A stretch of 64,000 bases of DNA from Paraspadella gotoi (lineage: Eukaryota; Animalia; Chaetognatha): positions 5,200,355-5,264,354 of the forward strand of contig CM119265.1 in the NCBI GenBank assembly GCA_051294375.1, read 5' to 3'. Within the stretch, counting starts at the first letter, position 1, and each line of letters starts with the position of its first letter. This document shows positions 52,129 through 64,000 of the stretch, piece by piece. The position numbers and the translations under genes are program-made. Below the pieces are notes generated by a model, which made no database searches, was not told the DNA's origin, and saw nothing but the letters and a program-made list of their open reading frames with translations.

Positions 52129-55100
52129 TAGACCAAGAAAAAACAAAATTCGTTTCCTATTGACCAGGCGGGGCATCGCGTCCGCTGCTCTCGAGTGAAA
52201 AATGAAACGGTCGCTATTGATACTTGGAGAAATGGGGCAAAACATAATCCGTTGTGGAATGGGAAGGACAGGATTAGCGAAGAAGGGGAGAGGAACTATG
52301 AAGAGGATTTTAATCCTGGCATTTAGACGGGCTGGGAATTGTATCTGAGTGTCGGGAAATGGTAATTTGATCAGGTTATAAACGTTTTGGAAGAAAACAG
52401 GCGAAAGGAAATTGTACGAGGAAAAGGAACTAGGAGCTGTGGATCAAGGGGANNNNNNNNNNNNNNNNNNNNNNNNNAGACAAGGATTAGCGAAGAAGGG
52501 GAGAGGAATATGAAGAGGATTTATCTGGATTTAGACGGGCTGGGAATTGTATCTGAGTGTCGGAAATGTAATTGATAGGTTATAAAACGTACGGGAGGAC
52601 AACTGAGCGCTGCTGGACCCAAGCGGACGGTGTTTACAGAAATAACTTATCTTTAATATAACCGAGAGAAATCCCAGCTTCTCTACCTGTTTACCCCGTT
52701 GCTCTTTTGCTCTTTATTACTGACATCCGAAAATGCTATCCATTTCTACGCGATCCGACCCACCGAGCATGACTTTAGGGCTCTCTCTTTTCGCCTTATC
52801 TACTTAAGTAACACGCAATTCTCGAAGGCACTGTCACCAGCTCACATTCTAGATTGGTGCCCGCTGATTTTCGCATAGATCTTCGATTAAGATTCCTGAA
52901 TCGAATTCTATCCACGTGGCCATCTTCAGATCTCAAAGTTGTCACTGCGGTTTCTAGTCCTTCAATTTTCAGAGGCTCTATTTAGACTACTTATCAGCAT
53001 ATCTCGGACATCTTATTTTTTGTGTGATCGCTAGCCGTCTGCGTGAACTCTTTCATGTGAAGCAGAAGCAATTCTTTTTTTGTTTTAATATTGGCCTTCA
53101 AGAAACAAGTAAGAAAGACACTTTAAAAATTTATCAATATATATATAGACAGAAGCTCGTGAAATAATAATGTTTTGTTATTCCTTCCCAGGGACTTCTA
53201 ACTTCAACGCACTTTGACAAACGCTACTTCTACAAACACTCCTATATGTCCAAGTCCTGTGCGCTTCGTAGCATCGTCGTCCTTTCGCCTAGCCGACGTC
53301 ATCTACCGAGACTCTGTCGTCGTCATCTCCAAGCGGCGTGCTTTGAGCCGGCACGCCATCGCTTCTTCTGCGCCCAGATTCTTATACACACGATTTTCAT
53401 CTGCGCTTCTTTGAATCGCACGCAGAATCTAGTCCAGTCAGTTAGAATCTCAAAGACAGGCCACCTTCTTACCGAACTCTCTAGTTCTCATCTTAACAGC
53501 GGGAACTGCGGCACTGCGGAATCATGATGTATGGTTGTGGCTCTAAAACCACGCAGAGGCCATGAGACAATAAGCCGTTAAAATGCGGACCCGTTCGAGT
53601 CTGAGTAAAGGACAGCACTGCAACTTAAGACTGCGATTCAACGGCGATGTCAACTCTTTCACATAAACTCGAATTTTAACGCAAAGAAGCATTCTAAATT
53701 AGCTTAGCTCTTAGGCCAACCGCATTGCACCCTTGGCTCAAATTCTCTCTCTATTCAAAGACAGCCACTTCTCCGAACTTAGTTTCATTACAGGGGGAAC
53801 TGGGCACTGGGAAATGATTATGGTTGTGCTTAAAACCACAAGGATGAGACAATAAGCGTTAAAATCGGACCTTGAGTCTGAGAAGGACAGATGCAATTAA
53901 GACTGGATTCAAGACGATTCAACTTTTCATAAACTCGATTTAAGAGAAGAAGATTAAATTAGGCTTAGGCTTAGGCCAACCGGATTCGCACTTGGCTCAA
54001 GATCTACAAAAAAAGGAGAAATCCGGCAATTTTCTCCCCTTTATATATTTTTTTTTATTAAAAAAAGATTTAGCGATGAAAGGAAATTCGAGAGGAAAGG
54101 CGACGGGAAAGAATGGACGATGACAACCATTGTCTTCGTAGTAAGACGTTGGGGAAGAAATCGACAACGACGACGACGACGATGACGATGACAGGGATAA
54201 AAGAGAAGACGCGGACTTTGACGACGACGACGACGACGACGAAAATTACGACGAAAACGAGGACCCAGGCAAATAACATGTGTTTGCCATCCCATGAGGG
54301 ACGTGAGCTAGGGAAAAGGAAATGGGGAAAGGAAAAAAAGGAAAAAAAGAATGGGATAAGGAGGAGAAAGGAGAGAAGAAGTAGAGTAAGACGAGAGAGC
54401 GAGAGAGAGAGAGCATGGGATAGAGTGTGTGTGTCTCAGAGAGAGAGAGAGAAAGAAAGAGAGAGAGAGGAGAGAGTGAGAGAGAGAGAAGGAAAAATGG
54501 TAAAGTAAAAAAAAAAGATAATATTATAGTGATTGGTCGTTCAATTTTTATTTTCTCAGATCAATTGGTTTTTTGTTTTTTATTTTAATTCAAATCTCTA
54601 CGCGCTCAATTGTTGTCTTTTTGCGCACAAATTCAAAGTCGAAAAAAAGGAAGCAAAAATTCCAAACCGATGTCGTTTTGTTTCTTTCGCTTCGTTAATC
54701 TTTAGTTCTGGTTGTCGCCGTCGATTTGCGCGGCAACCTTTTTTTTTAAGTCGCGGTATTGATTTTTTTTATTTTTTAAAAATAACGTTAAAAAATGGGT
54801 TATTTTTAGCTTCAATATAAATTAGAACTTGTTTTGTTCCTGTTTTATTTTAATATTTATTTAGAGTGCAGAGTATAAAAAGACCATATACTACTGAATA
54901 GTAAGCTTCAATGAAAGAAATGAATTAGAAACCGCTGTTTCACAATAAAAAAATACAAAAAAAAACTCTTAAGCCGCTGCTGTTTCATAACTTGATATAG
55001 GTTTAAAAATTATAAATCACTCACTGGGAGATATTTCATCGAATAAAGAGAAAGAGAAAATAAGTGACAGAGAGAGAGANNNNNNNNNNNNNNNNNNNNN

Positions 55101-55315
55101 NNNNNNNNNNNNNNNNNNNNNNNNNNNNNNNNNNNNNNNNNNNNNNNNNNNNNNNNNNNNNNNNNNNNNNNNNNNNNNNNNNNNNNNNNNNNNNNNNNNN
55201 NNNNNNNNNNNNNNNNNNNNNNNNNNNNNNNNNNNNNNNNNNNNNNNNNNNNNNNNNNNNNNNNNNNNNNNNNNNNNNNNNNNNNNNNNNNNNNNNNNNN
55301 NNNNNNNNNNNNNNN

Positions 55316-57622
55316 GACGACGACGACGTGACGGGAAAAGGGAAAGAAGATCCCCTGAAAGAAGCGAGAGCCCCGAGGGAGAGACTGGAAAAGCCTCTAG
55401 TGAATCGTTGCCCGCTTTCAGTTTGGGTAAAAACCCCGTGGTTTTGGTGAAAAATAGTGGGTAAACAAGGAGATGGGTCAACAATATTCGCGGGAGGGTG
55501 GAGGGTGGGTGAGGGTGGAAGGTGGGGGAGGGCGGGGTTGAGAGGTGGATGATTCCGTGGATCGTTAAGTTTCACTTGGTTTGGGTGAATAAATTTGGGA
55601 AGAAAAGTTTTATTTATATTCATACGTTTTAAAATTGTTCGAAAACGGGATTTGGAAAGAAATTAAAAGGTTTCTTGTTTCGATATCGAACAGTGGTATT
55701 TTAATAAATTTATCATAGATATTTGAACAAATCTCGTAAAATTTCACCATATTATCAGGCACCATGCTTGAGGTCATGGGCCTATTTACCATGACCCGCT
55801 GGTTTTATGAGTTATTTTAAGAAGGACGCGATTTCTTCGCTAGTTAGGGGGCATTTCGATCGACAATTGAAGGAAGCGGCTTAAGACCATCGGGTGATAA
55901 CTCGGATGACACCGAAAGCCTTTCCCGCCCAGCGGAGGAGGAAAGTTTAATGAGGTGGGTCAATCTGGGAAGGGTAAGGGAAGTGAGTAGGGTGGGGATT
56001 TAGGGTGAGTGCGAGGGAAAATGGCACACTGTGGAATTGCAGATAAGTAAATCATTGAATTTACAAACGAGCTTCAAAACCTGCAAAGGATTTAATAAAA
56101 GAAAAAGGCTTGTTCCGGTTATTTATAGTAGCCTGGCTGAAAAAGCGAATCGGGAGTTAGGAACGTCTGAGTCGAAAGGATGTCGGATCGAATGGTGTTG
56201 GTTTATTGAGGCAAAGAGAGAGAACTAGTAGATAACGAAGGAAGACTTGAGCGACAAAATCCGGAACGACGAATCGGACGCGACGACGACGACGACAGAC
56301 GAAACCGAAGACGACGACGAAAGACGACGACGAACGTGAAGCCGGGGAAAAGGAAAGAAGATCCGCCTGAAAAGAAGCGAGAGCCACCGAGGGAGAGACT
56401 GGAAAAGCCTCTAGTGAATCGTTTCGTTGCGCGCGCTTTCAGTTTGGGGGGGGTAAAAAAAAACATCCCCCCGTGGTTTTGTGAAAAATAGTGGGTAAAC
56501 AAGGAGATGGGTCAACAATATATCGCGGGAGGGTGGAAGGGTAGGGCTGAAGGTGGAAGGTTATGGGGGAGGGCGGGGTTGAGAGGTGGATGATTCCGTG
56601 GGATGCGTTAAAGTTCACTTGTTTGGGTGTAATAAATTTGGGAAGAAAAAGTCATATTATTTATATTCAAATTACGTTTTAAAAAATTGTTCGAAAACAG
56701 GGATTTGGAAAGAAATTAAAAGGGTTTCTTGTTTCGATATCCGAACACAGTGGTTATTTCTTTAAATAGAATATTATCATAGATATTTGAAACAAATACT
56801 CGTAAATTTTCACCATAATTATGCGGGCACTTATGCCTTGGGGAGGTTCATGGGCCTTATTTACAACATGACCCGCTGGTTTTATGAAAGTTTTTTATTC
56901 TTAGAACGACGCGATTTCTTTCGCCTTGTTAGCGGGAGAATTTCGAAATCGACCATTGAAAGGAAGCGGCTAAGACCAATCGGGTGATAACTCGGGAAGA
57001 CACCGAAAGCCCTTTCCCGCCCAGCGGAGGAGGAAAGTTTACTGAGGTGGGTCAATCTGGAAGGGTAAGGAGTGAGTAGGGTGGGGAATTTAGGGTGAGT
57101 GCGAGGGGAAAATGGCACACTGTTTACGGCCAACGGGAGGATGGCCTGTGGATACCCGGGAGGCGCGGGGTATCCTCACCTAACTGGCGTAGGGGCTGCG
57201 GACGCCTCCAGTGGACCGCTCCTGTCACTGGCGATGTTCTTAATACCGGGCCACCCGTCACATTTAAGCCAGACCGGGATATAACCCAGGGGATTGAACC
57301 CGGGACGCACCTCGGATGGAATGAGATGATTTTAGCCTGGCTCAAGCCATTGAGAAACGAGGCTGAGGGACGGAACAGCAGTGAGGCAGCTTTCACAGTC
57401 TTGCTTGCCACACTGTGGAATTGGCAGATAAGGCTAATACATTGAAATTTACAAACGGAGCATTCAAAAACCCTGCAAAAAGGAATTAATAAAAAGAAAA
57501 AGGCATTTGGTTTTCCGGTTATTTAATAGTAGCCTGGCTGAAAAAAAGCGAATCGGGAAGTTAGGAACGTCCTGAAAGTCGAAAAGATGTCGATCGAATG
57601 GTGGTTGGTTATTATTGAGGCG
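55316..57622. repeat. Direct duplicate pair 55316-56212 and ~56324-57622 (second copy carries the SINE)
   Basis: Colinear over ~900 bp with many 1-nt insertions in the second copy; a 25-N gap follows at 57854-57878. Confidence 0.93.
57124..57408 (-). mobile_element. tRNA-derived SINE insertion (~285 bp) with 8-bp target-site duplication CACACTGT
   Basis: TSD at 57116-57123 and 57409-57416; the empty site (single cacactgt) is at 56025-56032 in the sister copy. The B-box complement GGATTGAACC is at 57291-57300, with an A-box/D-arm-like CTCAATGGCTTGAG upstream on the minus strand. Confidence 0.85.
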
Positions 57623-57736
57623 GTCTGACAGAAAGTTCGGTTGCCACCGGGGGCTGAGTCTGTTTGCTAGGGGAAAGGAATTTTTACTCCGATATCTAGA
57701 GAGGAGAATAGGAGAAGGGAGAGAGAGAGAGATGAG

Positions 57737-57779
<43 letters not shown>

Positions 57780-58986
57780 AGAGAGAGGGTGAGAGAGGAG
57801 AGAGAGAGAGAAGAGAGAAGAGAGAGAGAGAGAGAGAGAGGACAGAGTTGGGANNNNNNNNNNNNNNNNNNNNNNNNNGGGAAAGCGAAGTAGAGTCAAT
57901 ATTGGATCTGGGGTAGGAGAAAAGAAGCGAAGGGGAGAGATGAGAGAAAATAGTTCCGACGCCATTTTCTTATTTTTTTTTCTTCCGATGGAATCGTTGG
58001 GTTCGAATTTCCGTCTTTTCTCTCGCGCGCGGAGGCGTTCGTCCTCAAGAAAGAATAAAAGAGAAAATGGGAAATCTGAAAAGAAAAACGAAAATCGGAG
58101 ATGATTTTTAATAAAAAAAAGGAAAAAAAATTATTTTATTTGTTCGACTTCGAGGAGAGAAAATGAAGAAGGAATTTAATCAATGAAGAAATTTAAAAAA
58201 AAAAATGACGACGGGAGAAAAAAAAATTAATTCGACAGTTTAAATTCCATTTTTATTTGGCTTTGTGGGAGCAATACTTAATTTAATCAAAGTCTTATTC
58301 TTCAATTTTAACATTCCGAAAGTGTAATTCGAATAAAACGGATAAAAGCAATAAGGTGAATCATTCCCAGTATTAATCATTAGGTTCTTCAACGGCGTCG
58401 TTGTCATTTTCTTTTCAAGAGATCACATAGAAGAAGAGAAAAAGAGAAATACTTCTTGTGGAGTTCAAAGGAATCCGGATATTAGATATAACCTTACTTC
58501 ACGTAATAGAACTTCATCGTTCACGCAATTTCAGACAGAAACCATAAATTATTTTTCGAGCGCGTGAATCTTCCGCCCTTCACCCTTCACATTAAAGAAA
58601 GGGCGACCACGATGCACCATGATTAGGCGACGCGCACCCCATGGGCCATATGGGGCTAACGACGTCGTGGTGGACCAAAGTAATTAGGCCAATATTGTTG
58701 GTGGGTGAAGTTGAAATTAAAAATGCGTTGTCTTATCCATCAGGAAAAGATGGAATTTATATTGAAGTTTAATGCAAGACGCATATACAATGAAAGCCTT
58801 GTCAATGACAAAAATTTAAAACTATCATGATTTATTTTTGGATTGTTCTTGAAAATCATGATAGAATTAAGAAAGAATTACCTAATCATGGTATATTAGT
58901 CTTAGTAAGAGATGAAATTATGTCAAAATAAAAAGAAGGAAAAAGGCTATATTTAAAACAGGATGAGAGAGAGAGAGAGAGAGAGA

Positions 58987-59039
<53 letters not shown>

Positions 59040-59133
59040 TCATGTTTGCACAGCGTCTCATCCTCAAAATCTGAGACGAAAATCTTCCGCTTCTTTTCTC
59101 TTCGAGTTTTTCAACTTTAAGAATTCGTCCCAC

Positions 59134-59213
<80 letters not shown>
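59134..59213 (+). repeat. (CGA)n microsatellite
   Basis: Perfect trinucleotide run of ~26 units. Confidence 0.97.
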
Positions 59214-59214
<1 letters not shown>

Positions 59215-59298
59215 TGAAGACCCAAAAAGTGGGTCACATCCTGACCGCATGCCCATGGATTCACATCACGGTTTTTTTTAGTAAAAAAAAATGATGTA

Positions 59299-59366
59299 AT
59301 GAAATTGGTAAACCAATAGTAAAAATTATCCATTCATTTAATAAAATAAGCTATCTTGCCCTGACT
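59299..59366 (-). repeat. Second copy of the 28456-28523 dispersed repeat
   Basis: Near-identical reverse complement, 31 kb away. Confidence 0.85.
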
Positions 59367-60734
59367 TTTGGACAGGCGCGTTTGGGTTTAAGGCCTCCAT
59401 CACTACGACAAAATAAAAAACTATACAGTAAAGCATGGCAGTCCCTGCGAGCTTCGTTCAATCAAAATACTCTTTGAACAAAAAGATTATGAATAATTTC
59501 TTAGACCAAGTAGTACTTTTTATCAAACGTTGAGAATTTAACCGACGATGACGATAACCATGAAACGCCAACGACGACGCCGACGACACGCGACTAACGT
59601 CGACGCCAACATTTGAACACAACGTCTGAGAACGACGGACCTTCCGAGAGACGAAGGATCTCAATGATATCACATCTCGAAAAAACCATCTTTCCTACTC
59701 TCGCGCCTATCACTATCACCTCTCGGGAGNNNNNNNNNNNNNNNNNNNNNNNNNNNNNNNNNNNNNNNNNNNNNNNNNNNNNNNNNNNNNNNNNNNNNNN
59801 NNNNNNNNNNNNNNNNNNNNNNNNNNNNNNNNNNNNNNNNNNNNNNNNNNNNNNNNNNNNNNNNNNNNNNNNNNNNNNNNNNNNNNNNNNNNNNNNNNNN
59901 NNNNNNNNNNNNNNNNNNNNNNNNNNTAAAATCGGTCTTCATTGTCGTTTACAAAAAGGGTGTGACGACGTTAAATTAAAATGATCTAAAAGACTTAAAA
60001 TGATCTAAAAGTAGTAAGAAATTAGGCAATTGATATTCTCGTATTTTTTGACAAGCAATTCTCAAATATAAAATTTTATACACACTGTTATACAACTATG
60101 CGACAATTAAAAAAATTAATGCAGCATTTCACGACCGAGGAGTCTGCGAGGAAATATGTCTTTTGTTTGTAACAAATTTCTGTAAGATTGAAGTTGGTAG
60201 CGACCTCGTGTAAGCTAAACAAAATTTGAAGAAAAAAAATAGCAAGTTTAATGAAAAGTAGTCCCAGGGTTTTAAAAATAAACTTAGTAATAGTATTTAA
60301 TTAGTTATTATGATATCTTGTTAAATTTTATACTAAGCTAATCATTTGAGTATTAATATTTTTAACTAATGCAAAAATTATTTTTGTAGTAAAATTTGGT
60401 AAACTTATCTCAATTGTTGTACGGTCGTTGCCTCAAATTTGATAGCTATGAAACTTAATTTTAACAAAAGTGACTTTTTTTAATAAAATGAATGTTATTA
60501 TGTATGAGTATCATAATTATACTGATTTTCTAGCTTACAGAGGTTTTGCTTTTGTAAATAAAAATCAATTTCAGATACATTTAGTCCTGAAATAATTTTT
60601 CTAAATCAATTTATTGAATAGGATTTTAATACTTGCGCATTAAAATTTTTTTTCTTTAAAAATTGCAGCGAACAACTTTTTGAAAGACAAATAAAACTCG
60701 CCTCGGAAACCGAACCACTTTTCTCTTAAGTAAA

Positions 60735-60825
60735 TAGTGACCATATTTTCCATTTTTCAGAAAAAGAAAATTTACTCGTGGCGACATAGTCCCGACTGCG
60801 TGGCCGGGACATATGGGGTTCACTC
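60735..60825. mobile_element. Possible short hAT (Blackjack-like) MITE relic
   Basis: The ends tagtgaccatat and ccgggacatatgg(gg)t(t)cact resemble TAGGGTGACCATAT-type TIRs with internal GTCCCG/CGGGAC motifs. The match is imperfect and no TSD is seen. Confidence 0.3.
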
Positions 60826-61308
60826 CGGTGAGACGGAAAAATGGGAGCACAACCATGTACTTTTATCTATTCTGTAGTCGTAAAAATTTACAATGCAGTT
60901 TAGTATTGTTACGAAATATAATTTTTTTAAGGTGAATGTTACAGGCTTCAGAGTTTAGAACTATATATACAAAATTCCCGAGTAAGAAACTCTTAAATAA
61001 ACCTTTCTCCGGATCAAACTGCATTCCATTAAAAATCCATGGTGCCACTAATCCGATCCTCAACCGCAGTGATGGAGCCGAGTGCAGCCCAGAATGAGCG
61101 AACGTTAGAATTTGAATTCCCCCCTTAAGCCGCCGCCGCCGCCGCCGCCACCGCCGCCGACTCTGCCGCCGCGGTCGTCGTCTTCGTCGTCGTCGTCATC
61201 GTCGTCGACGTTTCAGAACCCCTGCCGTGAATGGGGCGACCAGCTCGAGAACTGTTATTCTTTTTTTCTTTTCTTTCTTCCTCTCGTTCGGAACCGAGAA
61301 TGGAACCA

Positions 61309-61342
<34 letters not shown>

Positions 61343-61759
61343 GAGCCCAACTGCTTTGCCTGTTGCCGAACGGTGAAAAAAGTTTTATGGACGATTCCGG
61401 TCGATGCTTTGGATTTAATTTTACTACTCGTTTTCGTTTGATTAATATGGAATATGTTACCTTTACATCGATGTTCGTTTGAAAATTTTCAACACTATTT
61501 TCATTTACCGACTTTTTTTTCGTTAAGTATAGCTTTGGTCGCATGGGCTATGATGCATTTATGAAAGGAAACGGCATGCAGCACTATTAAGGAAGCAGCG
61601 TGTGCAGCAGGAAAAAAAATTTATTCTACTATTTTCTTATTTTTTTCGTAAATTTTAAAGTATAAAATGTACAAAGTATATAAATTCGATTATAATCCTT
61701 TTTATACCGTGTTTAACTCAGACAAATCTTTAATATTTTAAAATTATTAAAAGTAGAAG

Positions 61760-62195
61760 TAGAAGAGCCGAGTCTTTAAAATCTAAAACGTAAAAATCTG
61801 AATCTTAAAAATATTGTTTTAAGTAGAAGAGCTGAATCGTTAGGTTTTTATTGATAGATAAAAAAAAGGAAAGCTAAAAAAATTAATTTTTGCAGAATTT
61901 AAAAAAAAAAAATATTTTACCGTAACTTGAATGGAAGTACGAATGCCTACGCATATGAAATCGGATTCGTTCATCACGATTTAAAATATCCGCGATTTTC
62001 TTTCTTTCCTTTTTTCGTTCCTTTATTCCTCTTCAGTATATTTCATCGCGGAAAACATAAAGAATCAAGGAAAAAAAAACAAAAAACAAAAAAAACAAAA
62101 GGGCGGAAATCTCCGTGGATTATCTGATGGATCTTCTCACCGAAATGCACGATTAAAAACTAAACCTTTCCTGACCCAAAAATCCTGACAGTCAC

Positions 62196-62288
<93 letters not shown>

Positions 62289-63937
62289 TTGTTTGTGTTT
62301 TTCGTCCATTATATCAAGGCAATTTGAATTGCGCGTTTAAGAATTAAACAAAATAAAACATAAAAATGCCTGTTAATTAACGTAAACTATTGCTTTATAT
62401 TTTCTTTGGAAGAAAAAAGTGATGTAAGCACGTAGAAAGTAGAGTAAAAGAAAAAGAGTGTGGAAATATCGGACCAGCTAACTACGGAAAGAACAAAAAA
62501 ACAAAGAGAGAAGCAAACAAAGGCGGGTAAGTTAGATCTTTGCCCTCACTGCGGATTTCCTCCAATCGCGGGCCACTCACCTTCAGATCGTAATCCGAGA
62601 TGATGCCATCGCTCGATGCCATCGCTTCAGTGGCAATCGATGAGAAGGCCTCCGAGCGGAGAAAGCGGTTTCTTAGTTCTTTTTCGGTATAAATTTTAAA
62701 GTTATTTAGATAGCGGTAGTCATCCGACCAAATTCAAATTTTAAATGGAAACAGCATTAAAATACTAGATCCTATATACTTTTGGTAATGTAATATATAT
62801 GAGTGAGTTGAAATATGAATTTTTTTTGCAGGAAAATCGCTCGTGCTCGAACCCACTGAAGCTAAATTTTCGCTAAATTAAAGTAACTGATCTATAGACG
62901 ATATATTAATTGGCTAGACCTCACTTATATGCATACAATACTTATTTTTTTGTCTAGTGAGAATATCTCGATAGTGTAAGTCATCGACTTGTAATTATTT
63001 CTGAGTCAGGACTAATAACCGCTATACGGCGACTTAAGCTCGAGAAATCAGTTCAGGTTAATTACAACTTATTCAAAACTTGGCAGATGTGTTTATTACT
63101 AAAAATAGTAACAATCTGGGCTTAAAACCTCATCTCGCGAGTGATGAATCGATGAATTATTAATCATTTTTAACGGTTTCTCAGATCTAACCCACGCTAT
63201 TCAATCAAATTATTGGGGAAAGAGAGATATGTCTCATACCTGTGTAAGATAAACTCTTTCCATAAGTGCGTATTTGAATCTGCTTTTAAGAAACCTACAC
63301 AAATAACTTCAAAATAAAAGTGATTTTTGACATCTTCCCTATCTATAAATTAGGAATATTTCAAAAAAATTAAATCTACTAATCTTCTTGGCCATTTTAG
63401 AAAATTTGCCCACTTTGACAGAGTTTTTGAAATGTTATGCAATTCTCTCTCTTGGGGAAAGGTTCCCGCAAATGTATACAACTTGAAATTGACGGAACGT
63501 TGAGCTTCCTACGTATGAAATGTACACGGAAGTACTATATACATACATTCGATTCACTCAAGTCCTTTTTAACCGTGATTTAACTCGTGACACAATCTTC
63601 TAATTACCTATTATTTAGAAAGCGTTCATCTACAAAGCTAGCAGAGTGAGATGAAGCCGAGCTCCTTTAATAAAATCTTAAAACGTAAAAATCTGACATG
63701 CTTAAAAATATATGTTTTAAGTGAGAAGACCTGCAATCGTCGTAGCGTTTTTTATTGATAGTACTTAAAAAAAAGGGAAAGCATAGCAGTCAAACAGCAT
63801 ATAACCTTTGTTGCGAGGGAGATGGTTAACAGAACGAAAAAATATATTTTACCGTGCAACTGGGAATGGAATAGCGGAATGCCTAACGCATAGTGACATC
63901 ATTTCGGGAGTTCGCGTCTATTCACGAACGTTTAAAT
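61760..63937. repeat. Direct duplicate pair ~61760-61985 and ~63650-63937
   Basis: Both contain aaaacgtaaaaatctga...cttaaaaatat...gttttaagt...ttttattgatag...aatattttaccgt; the second copy is insertion-rich. Confidence 0.85.
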
Positions 63938-64000
63938 TTTTCGTTCCTTCCATAACCCTCTCTGCAGGTCTATTATATGTCCATGTTCGCCCCGGAGACG

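Larger units (their letters stand above)
46411..54400. repeat. Mosaic of direct and inverted local duplicates
   Basis: 46411-46790 is inverted at 48005-48443, and 46800-47580 is inverted at 50490-51150. The block starting atcaattatatctagagaaggcgc occurs three times (~48497, ~50049, ~51158). 47822-48005 recurs at 49870-50045, 49110-49790 at 53795-54400, and 53450-53740 at 53755-54000. Confidence 0.9.

Noticed and set aside
52600-53450. Apparent unique ~850-bp insertion between duplicated blocks
   Set aside because: Adjacent to a 25-N gap and to a very noisy duplicate (53450-53740); no TIR, TSD or recognisable ORF; probably low-quality read sequence.
57285-57365. Possible genuine tRNA gene
   Set aside because: No acceptor stem or canonical cloverleaf; embedded in a TSD-flanked insertion.

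Overview
Eukaryotic (metazoan, probably invertebrate) genomic DNA from a gappy hybrid assembly. It is microsatellite-rich ((AG)n, (GAC)n, (TTTC)n), has many N-gaps (six are exactly 25 N), and contains several indel-riddled local duplicates that look like uncorrected long reads or uncollapsed haplotypes. Nearly all listed ORFs are low-complexity or N-spanning artefacts. One real protein-coding gene is supported, on the minus strand: a discoidin domain receptor (DDR)-like gene. Its signal-peptide exon (39701-39491) splices in phase across a ~27 kb intron to a 106-nt discoidin (F5/8 type C) exon (12254-12149), which the ORF track misses. Downstream exons were not found in the window. The duplicated segments give filled-versus-empty sites for two mobile elements: an internally deleted Tc1 element (TA target, ~30-bp TIRs) and a tRNA-derived SINE with an 8-bp TSD and twin 3' hairpins. 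A Helentron/DINE-1-like element and several motif-rich candidate cis-regulatory regions are also present. I found no convincing new multi-gene system; the SINE family and the long DDR N-terminus are the best leads.
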